Shown here piece by piece: positions 8,145-16,275 of a DNA stretch of 64,000 nt. The position numbers and the translations under genes were made by a program. Every line of letters starts with the position of its first letter. The first letter of the stretch is position 1. The DNA is taken from contig CAZQWM010000008.1 in the NCBI GenBank assembly GCA_964597035.1, positions 12,679-76,678 of the forward strand, in the 5' to 3' direction. The stretch is from an uncultured Pirellulales bacterium. GTDB lineage: Bacteria > Planctomycetota > Phycisphaerae > Sedimentisphaerales > Anaerobacaceae. The notes below the pieces were generated by a model. It was given only the letters and a program-made list of their open reading frames with translations, was not told where the DNA came from and made no database searches.

Positions 8145-9647
8145 CTAAACCGGCTGCAGGCTTCCTTGCTGCCGGTACCTTTTAATCTTGTCGCGCAACG
8201 TTCTGTCGCTGATGCCCAGTGCCTTTGCGGCCCTGGTCTGATTACCGTCTGTTTTCTTGAGTGTTTCGAGGATGGCTCGGCGTTCCAGTTGGGCAAGCGG
8301 CACGCCCGCCAGGCCGATGTGCGGCTGTGTTGTTAAATCCGGTTGCTGAACGCTGCCATCCACTAATTCCGGAAGTGGCTGCAGCTCGTTAAAAAGCCAG
8401 GATACGTCGGCTAATGATAGCGTCTCACCCACGCCGAGTATCAACGAGGTCATTACGACGTTTCGCAACTGGCGGACGTTTCCAGGCCAGTGATATTTAG
8501 AGAACATCTCCATCATTGCCGGGTCCAGACGGGTTATGCGACGATGTGATTGCCCCGCGTGGAGATTTATAAAATGCCAGACTAGCTCCGGCAGGTCCTC
8601 GCTTCGCTGCCGCAGTGGAGACACAATCAGACGAACTCCGCAAAGTCGGTAATAAAGGTCCTGACGGAACCTCTGCCTGGCGACCTCCTGCAACAAATCC
8701 TTGTTTGTCGTGCTTATGATACGGACGTCGACTCTTATGTTTTCGTTGCCGCCGACGCGCTGAAGGTCCTGCTGTTCGAGCACCCGAAGGAGCTTTGCCT
8801 GAAACCTCAAAGGCGTTTCGCTGATTTCATCGAGAAGCAATGTCCCCCCGTGTGCCGACTCGAACCGCCCTTTGCGCTGGGCGTAAGCTCCCGTGAATGC
8901 TCCTTTCTCGTGTCCGAACAGCTCGCTTTCGAGCAGTGTCTCGCTAAGCGCCGCACAGTTTATCTTCAAAAAAGGCCCCTGGACGCGCCTGCTGTTGTAA
9001 TGCACAACGTATGATACGAGTTCTTTTCCCGTTCCGCTTTCGCCGCTTATCAGAACGGGAACACTTGTCGGTGCGACTTTTCTGGCAAGGTTTACCGTCT
9101 GCATAAGCCCGGCACTTCTGCCGACGATTTTGTAAAGGCATCCGGTGCCCTCTTCGGTTGATGCAATGGTTCTTATGGGCCTGTTGGGTACGACTGTATC
9201 GAGCAGCTTTTCCAGCCGGTCGTGGTTTATCGGCTGAGGCAGGAAATCGCGGCAGCCGGTGTGCACTGCTTTAACGGCTGTTTCGACTATCTGTTGTTGC
9301 GTGCTTCTTCCGGGCACGTCATTGCATGCAATCATAACTATAGGCAGTTCCGGCCAGAGGCTCCTGATTCTTGTTACTAATTCAAAGTTATGGTCCTTCT
9401 GCGAGGGCCTGCCGTTTTGGGCAGTTATCGTTTCCTCCGTCAGCACAAGCCCGCAGTCGTTCTTGTCCAGCAAATCGAGGGCGACTTTTTCGTCGCCGGC
9501 AACCATCGCCTGTATTGCCTTGCGGGCAAGTGTCTCCAGAACAGGCCGAATAATGTCGGGTGACTGACTTATCAGTAAAACGTTTGTTGATGGGGCTGTC
9601 CTGCCGTCTGTTTGTGAGTTTGTCGCCGATGTTTCAGTCACTTGCAA
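8145..9647 (-). CDS. sigma54-dependent transcriptional activator (NtrC family) with degenerate receiver domain
   Basis: AAA+ core with Walker A GESGTGKE, GAFTGA (EKGAFTGA) and ESELFGHE, plus a C-terminal Fis-type HTH (GNQTRAAKALGISDRTLRDKIKRY). The N-terminal receiver-like domain lacks the usual DD/D/K residues. Confidence 0.95.
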   Translation of the reverse strand: MQVTETSATNSQTDGRTAPSTNVLLISQSPDIIRPVLETLARKAIQAMVAGDEKVALDLLDKNDCGLVLTEETITAQNGRPSQKDHNFELVTRIRSLWPELPIVMIACNDVPGRSTQQQIVETAVKAVHTGCRDFLPQPINHDRLEKLLDTVVPNRPIRTIASTEEGTGCLYKIVGRSAGLMQTVNLARKVAPTSVPVLISGESGTGKELVSYVVHYNSRRVQGPFLKINCAALSETLLESELFGHEKGAFTGAYAQRKGRFESAHGGTLLLDEISETPLRFQAKLLRVLEQQDLQRVGGNENIRVDVRIISTTNKDLLQEVARQRFRQDLYYRLCGVRLIVSPLRQRSEDLPELVWHFINLHAGQSHRRITRLDPAMMEMFSKYHWPGNVRQLRNVVMTSLILGVGETLSLADVSWLFNELQPLPELVDGSVQQPDLTTQPHIGLAGVPLAQLERRAILETLKKTDGNQTRAAKALGISDRTLRDKIKRYRQQGSLQPV

Positions 9648-9667
9648 TGCTCCCTTTGTCGTTGACT

Positions 9668-10630
9668 TTAGTGGTTAAGCTCCCGGATTAGTTTGCCGGG
9701 CTGGTCCTTCTGGTACCAATCGATAACGCTGTGCCGGGCCTTTGCGATTTGGGCCCAGGGCGAATCAGGATGCACCCTTAAAAGCTCTGCGTAACTTTCC
9801 CGGGCGGTGTTGGGGTCGTCATGCTTGAGACAATTGCCTATCTGGAAAAGTATCCACGCCCTTTCGCCGGCCATGTTTGGGTCGTCCGCGGGTATTGAAA
9901 CAAGGGCCTGTTTGTAGCATAATCCCGCCGCACGGGGCTGGCCGCTTTGAAACAGAACCTCTGCGAGTTGCAGAGGTTCTGCAACGCGGTTGGGCTCTAT
10001 GACTGCTTGTCGTACCATTTGGAGCGTCTCGTCGCTCATCGATTTTGTGGACGTTTCTGACTGAGTTGGTGTTGCGTCGGATAATGGAGCTGGTTCATCA
10101 GGGGCGATGCCCGGTTCAGGTTCAGAGGTATCACTTGCTATGGCCTCGGCTGTCTCCTGAGATTGGAATCGGACGGAGTTGATTTGCGAAATCAGACGTT
10201 TTAAATCCTCGCTTTTGTCGTCGGCGGAGCTTGAATCCAGCGGGCTTATTCTGCTTTTCCTCAGTTCCGATTCCAGTTGTTGTGCGGACGCCTCAGTGCT
10301 ATTGGCGAAACTGTTCGTGTGTGGCGCTTCTTTTACGGTCGACGCCAGATTTGCTGAAAGACTATCGCCCGGCTGGGGTGCTTCAAGATTGACTGGGCCG
10401 GCGTGCACGGGCATTTGGATATTGAGCGAGTTTGATTCCCCTCCGATTTGCGCCGAATCGACCGCCAGCAGCATGGCAGGATTAAGCTCTTCGATGCTAA
10501 ACTCGTCTGCAATTGAGAGTCCGTGTAAAAAATACGCTATTATTAACGCAAATGCGCATACTCGCAGATATCTGCCTCGGGCCGACATTTGCCCTTGCTG
10601 TGGGTCTGCATTTTTGATTATTACGTTCAT
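9668..10630 (-). CDS. signal-anchored protein with C-terminal TPR-like domain
   Basis: N-terminal hydrophobic segment YLRVCAFALIIAYFLHGLSIA, an acidic/Ser-rich middle and a C-terminal TPR-like region (AEVLFQSGQPRAAGLCYKQAL...ILFQIGNCLKHDDPNTARESYAELLRVHPDSPWA). Its start overlaps the upstream ORF stop by 4 nt. Confidence 0.6.
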   Translation of the reverse strand: MNVIIKNADPQQGQMSARGRYLRVCAFALIIAYFLHGLSIADEFSIEELNPAMLLAVDSAQIGGESNSLNIQMPVHAGPVNLEAPQPGDSLSANLASTVKEAPHTNSFANSTEASAQQLESELRKSRISPLDSSSADDKSEDLKRLISQINSVRFQSQETAEAIASDTSEPEPGIAPDEPAPLSDATPTQSETSTKSMSDETLQMVRQAVIEPNRVAEPLQLAEVLFQSGQPRAAGLCYKQALVSIPADDPNMAGERAWILFQIGNCLKHDDPNTARESYAELLRVHPDSPWAQIAKARHSVIDWYQKDQPGKLIRELNH

Positions 10631-13539
10631 TTTTCCGTCGTATCGCTCCGGTTTGATGCCATCAGCAGCGCCAGTGCCGCCTTGTCATAATTTTGTTGCT
10701 TGCTGTAGGCCGCGGCCAGCGTTCTTGAGGCCTGCTCTTTTATCTGTGTCGAAGCCGATGATTCCATAAGTTTTGTGCAGATGGAAATGGCCTGCTGAAT
10801 GTCGTTTAGTTTGAGGCACACACCGGCAAGTTCGAGTGAGACCTGATGGGCAATGGGGCCCGGCTCAACTAATGAAAGCACCTCTGTCAGATGTGCCCTC
10901 GCACCGACGTGATTCTGTATCGCAATTTCGCATCTGGCCAACTCTAAAATTATGCTGGCTCTCAGGTGGGGCTCGGTAAGGTATTGTGCTCTTTCGGCAA
11001 GCACCGTTGTTGCGTCTTCGGCAAGCCCTATTGCGCGCAGGGTCTTGCTTTTCAGCAGCAACAGCGTTGTTACCTGTTCCTGAGAAAAGGGCCAGGAGCG
11101 TATGTTTTCGATAGCGCCGAGGGCCGCAACAAAATCATCTTGCTTAAGCTGTGCCTCCACAAGGGCCGAGACCGCGTCGATACACTGACTGCTTGATGCT
11201 GCTTTTCTTGCGGCGATATCCAGTGCCTCACAGGCCTGCTGCGTTTTGCCCAGAGCTAGATTTGCCCTGCCCAACAGAAGATAGGCCGTATAAAGCTCAG
11301 CTTCTGCGGGTTGCGACATTTGTTGTTGCCGGACGGATTGGAGATATCGCGCAATCCATTCTGCCGCAGATTTGTAATCTTTTGTCTGATAAAAGCACTT
11401 CCCTGCCCCGAACGCGGCAGCGGCCCTTATTTCCGCTGAAAACCCGAGACTATGTGCTTTTTTGTATAGTGAGCAGGCATCGTCATATACCTCAAGTTTC
11501 ATCGTTGTATCGGCGAGGTCCAGATGGGCCTGGCCAATCAGCTCGTTGTCCGGGTATTGTTCGATAAGCTGCTGGAGGTCGCTGCCGGCACCGGTGTAAT
11601 TGCGCAGGGCTGACTTGAGCCGGCTTGAACGCAACAGAGCACAAGGTGCCAGTGGCGTTTGTGAATAACGATTAGCTACCAGTTTGTATTCGGCGATTGC
11701 CTCCACCACCTGCCCCCTGCTTGCCTGCAGGACTCCGAGTGCAAAGTGAGCGTTTGTCACACGCGGGTCGTCGTTGTATATCAGCAGCCAGTTTCTCCAT
11801 AGCCATATCGCATGTTCGCTGAGCATCCGTGTATGTTCGGACAACGATGAATACTCTGTTGGGTCGGTTACAATTACGGTCCCGGCTTCGTCAATAAGTG
11901 CAAGCAGCCCGACAGTTCCGGCGGTGGTTGTTACTATCTGCTCGGTTGTCGCCGCGGTTAAATATACCGTAACGGAGCGGTTTCGCAGATGCGATTGCTG
12001 CCCGGCTCCACTTGTACCTTCGCTCTGCCACGCCCATTTGACGTCAATTCCGGAATTGGCGGCGAATCTCGCCATTAGCTCCTCGATACTTGGTCCGTTG
12101 CAGACCACGGACCAGCGGCTCAGTGTTCCCGTTCGTTCGGCCGATGAAACCTGCGGGGCCAACAGCCCACTGTTTAGCCGTTCGATACCCGAATTCAAAA
12201 GGGCCGTTAGCTCGGTTTCGTTGAGTCCTGCCAGTGGGTCTTCGTCCGTCGGGTGGAACCATAGCTGGTCCGGCAGCTCGCTATCTGCGTCGCATAGCGA
12301 CAGCACTTGTCTTGTCAGCGCCTCGGCGACGACAAAAAGACAGTCTCGCTCCAGCTCAAGTGCCCATTCATGCTCGGTCGTCAACACGCCGGTCAGTGCG
12401 ATGGTCTTGTATGCATTTGTCCGGGCCTTGAGGTACTGACCTGATTCGAGTTCGAGCAGCGAGCAGTGGAAATTTGCAAGCGTCCTTACAACTACCGAAC
12501 TGCTTTTAGCGGCTTCTCTGAACAATTTACCGGCCCGGTCGAGCTTCATTTGCTTCTCAAGACAAAGGGCCATTCGCAGCTTGAGAAAGTCCTTCATCAG
12601 TTCGAAGTCCCCACCGTAGAGATTCAGGTACAAGCGCTCATAGCTGCGGCACGCCGCTTCATAATCGCCGCCCGCGTAATAACTCTCGGTGGTCTGGAGA
12701 GATACCGCCTCGGTCTGCACAACATCAGAAGATGAAGGTTCTATTATGTGCCTGTCCTGGTTTCCCTGTTCGGTTGCCAACCTGTTCGCGTCTGCAGTTG
12801 CCGGAAATTCCTGTTCCGCATATACCGGATATGGCACTCGTTGCACGGGTGGGGAGTGGAAAATCGAATAGCTCAAAAGTCCTGCACTAATAAGGATGCT
12901 GATGATAAGAACAAGTTGCACTAATGAGAATATGCGGCTGCGAGAGTGCTTCAGGACAGGTTCGCTGTCTGTAATTGCGGCCTCGGTGGGCTCAGGGCCG
13001 GTGTAGCTTATTTCCGCAGTCTCCTCCGCAGCAATCTCCTCTGTTTCCTTGGTATCTATAGCCGGCTGTGTGGCAACAATATCTTCACTAGGCGGTTCAA
13101 TTTGCATCGCGGGCTGTAATGGACTGTCCGTTTCTGCGCCCGAGTCTTCCATTTCTCCGCCCGCGGACACGTCGGTGGGCATATCGGTAGTGTCGGCAGG
13201 TTCGTTTGCCGGCTGCTCGGCAGTCTCACTCGAAACCGCTGGCTGTATGGCTGGTTCCGTGGTAACCTCTTCGGTCTTGGCGGGAGTATCTACCGGTGTA
13301 TCAGTTGCGGTGTCCGATTCGTTTGGTGGGTGCTTTATAGCTTCACTGGGCCGCTCAGGTTGCGCAGCCGCTTCTGCGGTTTCGGCTTTGACCTGCGAAG
13401 ATGCATCCTTGGGAACCTCGGTTTCGACCGGTAACTTGTTCTGCGGCTCAACAGGTTTTTCACTCCCTGCCGGTGCCTTGGCTGCCGGGCTCTTGCGGGT
13501 TTTTTTTCTTCGCGTTACTTTTTTCTTACGCTCTACCAT
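10627..13539 (-). CDS. 970-aa single-pass membrane protein with a very large TPR-repeat domain
   Basis: Basic N-terminus (KKKVTRRKKTRK), a roughly 190-aa acidic P/E/T/A-rich region, one TM segment (IFSLVQLVLIISILISAGLLSYSIF) and then about 740 aa of TPR-like repeats (many A-x-x-x-Y/F-x-x-A-x-x-x-G patterns). Confidence 0.75.
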   Translation of the reverse strand: MVERKKKVTRRKKTRKSPAAKAPAGSEKPVEPQNKLPVETEVPKDASSQVKAETAEAAAQPERPSEAIKHPPNESDTATDTPVDTPAKTEEVTTEPAIQPAVSSETAEQPANEPADTTDMPTDVSAGGEMEDSGAETDSPLQPAMQIEPPSEDIVATQPAIDTKETEEIAAEETAEISYTGPEPTEAAITDSEPVLKHSRSRIFSLVQLVLIISILISAGLLSYSIFHSPPVQRVPYPVYAEQEFPATADANRLATEQGNQDRHIIEPSSSDVVQTEAVSLQTTESYYAGGDYEAACRSYERLYLNLYGGDFELMKDFLKLRMALCLEKQMKLDRAGKLFREAAKSSSVVVRTLANFHCSLLELESGQYLKARTNAYKTIALTGVLTTEHEWALELERDCLFVVAEALTRQVLSLCDADSELPDQLWFHPTDEDPLAGLNETELTALLNSGIERLNSGLLAPQVSSAERTGTLSRWSVVCNGPSIEELMARFAANSGIDVKWAWQSEGTSGAGQQSHLRNRSVTVYLTAATTEQIVTTTAGTVGLLALIDEAGTVIVTDPTEYSSLSEHTRMLSEHAIWLWRNWLLIYNDDPRVTNAHFALGVLQASRGQVVEAIAEYKLVANRYSQTPLAPCALLRSSRLKSALRNYTGAGSDLQQLIEQYPDNELIGQAHLDLADTTMKLEVYDDACSLYKKAHSLGFSAEIRAAAAFGAGKCFYQTKDYKSAAEWIARYLQSVRQQQMSQPAEAELYTAYLLLGRANLALGKTQQACEALDIAARKAASSSQCIDAVSALVEAQLKQDDFVAALGAIENIRSWPFSQEQVTTLLLLKSKTLRAIGLAEDATTVLAERAQYLTEPHLRASIILELARCEIAIQNHVGARAHLTEVLSLVEPGPIAHQVSLELAGVCLKLNDIQQAISICTKLMESSASTQIKEQASRTLAAAYSKQQNYDKAALALLMASNRSDTTEK

Positions 13540-13642
13540 CGTTTTAATAGCAAATGACCCAGCTCGGCCAGTCTCCGTTTTACGCCGGTTGCTGTTGAAA
13601 TTGCGAGCCAGCGGCCCTTAAGCTTTTTTATGGTGGAATAGG

Positions 13643-13658
13643 TGCAACAGCTATGCCA
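13643..13658 (-). promoter_or_regulatory. sigma54-type promoter (TGGCAT-N5-TTGCA)
   Basis: The reverse complement of 13643-13658 reads TGGCATAGCTGTTGCA. It lies about 105 nt upstream of the 970-aa ORF start at 13539. Confidence 0.65.
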
Positions 13659-13822
13659 ACTACACTTGGTTGCCGTTTCAGGCGTTGAAATTGCCGATTA
13701 CCGGCGTAGAACCCCGTTTTTTTACTGTTAGAGGAAGTTTTTGCATCTTTAAGGTGTCAGGATTCTAAACGGCCCGATGGATTTTCTTACAGCTACTTAG
13801 GCGGACCATTCCTACTTTCGCC

Positions 13823-15265
13823 TCAGCCGGCGTATACGGCTTCAGATACGGCAAGATTGGAAGATTCGTCTTCAGGGGGTCTGGGGATGTAGGTGCCTCT
13901 TTGAATATTATGCTGTTTTACCTTGGCATACAGCGTGGCGCGAGTTATGCCCAGCAAAGCAGCCGCCTTGGTCTTCTGCCAGCCACTTTCCTGTAGAGCA
14001 CGCGCAATAAGCTCACGTTCCGCCTTCTCGAGCGAGAAATTCTGGATGCTGCTGGTGGCAGTCATAGTTAGGCCGGTTCCAGGCGTCTCGAAAGGGTCTT
14101 CAGATTCAATCATGATACTGCTTAGCCCGATTTTTTCGGTGTTCTCAAGCAATATTGCCCGTTCGATTACGTTACGAAGCTCACGGACATTGCCTGGCCA
14201 GTTATGCTTTTCCAGTGCCTCCAGGGCCATTTGGGTAAGTGCAGTGATATTGCCTGCCTTTGCCGGGCAGACCGTTGATGTCTTTATGAAGTATTCGGTT
14301 AATAGCCGGATGTCGTCTTTTCGGTCGGAAGACCTCAGCGCAGTAATAGCGATAGGGAATATGTTCAGCCGATAGTAAAGGTCTCGACGGAAGCGATTGG
14401 CCTTGACCTCCTCTCTAAGGTTGCGATTGCTCGATGCGATTATTGTGGCTTTGCAGGTCAAATCCGCGGTGCCGCCGACCTTTCTGAAGGTCTTTTCCTG
14501 TAAGACACGGAGAAGTTTCGCCTGCAGCTCCAGTGGCATCTCACTGATTTCGTCGAGAAAGATTGTGCCCTCGCCGGCCAGTTCGAGTAGGCCCGTTTTG
14601 TCCCTGTCGGCACCGGTGAAGCAGCCCTTAACGTGCCCGAACAGCTCGCTTTCGAGCAGGGTAGCCGTCAGCGCAGCGCAATTGACGGCGACAAATTTCT
14701 CATTTGGATGACGAAGAGTGTGAACAGCTTTGGCGGCCAGTTCCTTTCCAGTTCCTGTTTCACCGGTTATTAACACGGGATTGCAGTTACTGCCGGCAAC
14801 AAGTCTTATCATTTTCAACGTGTTGAGGATGGCTTTGCTTTTGCCGGCCATTGAAACCGATATAGCAAGCTCGTCGCCGAAAAAACAATTCTCGCTGCTA
14901 TCGCCGGAACGTTGCCCAAAACGAATTTCATTAAGTATCTCACTCAACCGGTTATCGTCGCAGGGATGGGACAGGTAGTAAGGCGCCGTGACCTTCTTAA
15001 GCTGTTCAAACCAGGCAGGTGGGTTGCTGTTACTGCCTATGACCAAAGAAGCGATTCGCGAGATTTTATCGGTCCGTAATAAGAGCAAGTCGATTTCTGC
15101 CGGCTTGAGAAGGTCATCGAGAAGAATAAGATCAGGAGCAACAGTTTCGAGTATGTCAGTGGCCTCGGCGGCGTCGTCTGCTACGAACACCTCCTCCGCG
15201 ATACGGCGCGCGAACTGATGGAGTTGAGTTTGCCTGCTCAGTACAACAACTCTGCGGAGAACCAT
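13823..15265 (-). CDS. sigma54-dependent transcriptional activator (NtrC/Fis family) with atypical receiver domain
   Basis: Walker A GETGTGKE, GAFTGA variant GCFTGA (VKGCFTGA), ESELFGH, and a C-terminal HTH (WQKTKAAALLGITRATLYAKVKQH). The N-terminal receiver-like domain keeps a candidate Asp (LILLDD) but lacks the DD pair and the Lys. Confidence 0.95.
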   Translation of the reverse strand: MVLRRVVVLSRQTQLHQFARRIAEEVFVADDAAEATDILETVAPDLILLDDLLKPAEIDLLLLRTDKISRIASLVIGSNSNPPAWFEQLKKVTAPYYLSHPCDDNRLSEILNEIRFGQRSGDSSENCFFGDELAISVSMAGKSKAILNTLKMIRLVAGSNCNPVLITGETGTGKELAAKAVHTLRHPNEKFVAVNCAALTATLLESELFGHVKGCFTGADRDKTGLLELAGEGTIFLDEISEMPLELQAKLLRVLQEKTFRKVGGTADLTCKATIIASSNRNLREEVKANRFRRDLYYRLNIFPIAITALRSSDRKDDIRLLTEYFIKTSTVCPAKAGNITALTQMALEALEKHNWPGNVRELRNVIERAILLENTEKIGLSSIMIESEDPFETPGTGLTMTATSSIQNFSLEKAERELIARALQESGWQKTKAAALLGITRATLYAKVKQHNIQRGTYIPRPPEDESSNLAVSEAVYAG

Positions 15266-15737
15266 TTGTTAATTTGCATAATCAGTGTTGTCCCCCACGG
15301 TTCAATTGGGTGTCCCCATAGATGTCCGGTAAATCGACACTTTTGTGTAACCTTCTTTAATTTTTATTGGACGGACTCATAATATCCTGAGCCCTCGATT
15401 TGTTTTACTAACAGGTTCACAAAGTGTGCTTAGAGCAGATCTTTTAATGTATGATGAAGATGCGTGTAGGTCCTTGATTTTTATGGGACTTCAATATCAC
15501 AGATCTGTTTATCGGACGCTTGGGGATTAAGAAATTTCTCTTTTGAACTTCGTTTTTTTCGTTTTCATATCGAAAGGCAGGCGGCAGATTTTTCCGCTCA
15601 GGAAGTAATCTCCGCGGTAATTTACTTAATGATGTCTGTTACCTCGAATCTATGTTAGCGGGATGAGGATGTTGTGTGTTCATAACATATTCTGCTGCAA
15701 ACAGTTATGAGTGAAGCGGAGAATCCTCAATTAAGTT

Positions 15738-15753
15738 TGGCACGGCGGTTGCT
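15738..15753 (+). promoter_or_regulatory. sigma54-type promoter (TGGCAC-N5-TTGCT)
   Basis: Reads TGGCACGGCGGTTGCT directly. It ends 76 nt upstream of the flgD ATG at 15829. Confidence 0.75.
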
Positions 15754-15828
15754 TAGTAATTTGTTCAGTCCGGCTTGCCAGCGATAGCATCAAAGGTTTT
15801 GAGTATGAATTTGACGGAGAACTGAACA

Positions 15829-16242
15829 ATGGCTGATTCGAGTACGGTGACGAGCGCAAGTCAGATTCAGATGGATTATATGAATCTTCTTGTCGCACAA
15901 CTGCAGAATCAAAATCCTCTTGAACCGATGGACAATAACGAGATGGCCTCGCAGCTTGCTCAACTTTCACAACTGGGCCAGCTCGAATCTCTTGGCAGCA
16001 GCTTTAAGGAGGTAATGGCTAACACTCAGCGCAGTTATGCCAATTCACTCATCGGAAGAAATGTGACTTTCTTCGCGGAAAATGAAGTTACTGGTGAGTT
16101 GGAGAAACTAAACGGGAGCGTCGATTCGGTTTTCAATGACCCGGAAACCAGAGATTGCCTTTTGGGCGTGATCGTCGGAGAAGGTGACCTGGCCCAGGAA
16201 TACACGCTCGGACTCGCTGCCGTCGTTCTGGTCCAGAGCTGA
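15829..16242 (+). CDS. flgD: flagellar hook capping/assembly protein FlgD
   Basis: N-terminal FlgD motif DYMNLLVAQLQNQNPLEPMDNNEMASQLAQLSQL. Confidence 0.9.
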   Translation: MADSSTVTSASQIQMDYMNLLVAQLQNQNPLEPMDNNEMASQLAQLSQLGQLESLGSSFKEVMANTQRSYANSLIGRNVTFFAENEVTGELEKLNGSVDSVFNDPETRDCLLGVIVGEGDLAQEYTLGLAAVVLVQS

Positions 16243-16275
16243 AACTGAAAATTAAGATATAAGGAGAAGCCGAAA

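Noticed and set aside
15690-15715. Shared ACATATTC(C)TGC string upstream of the flgD promoter (about 15695) and the fliO promoter (about 46555) as a common enhancer site.
   Set aside because: An 8-mer shared between two regions of about 170 nt each is close to chance expectation, and it is absent from the other four promoter regions.
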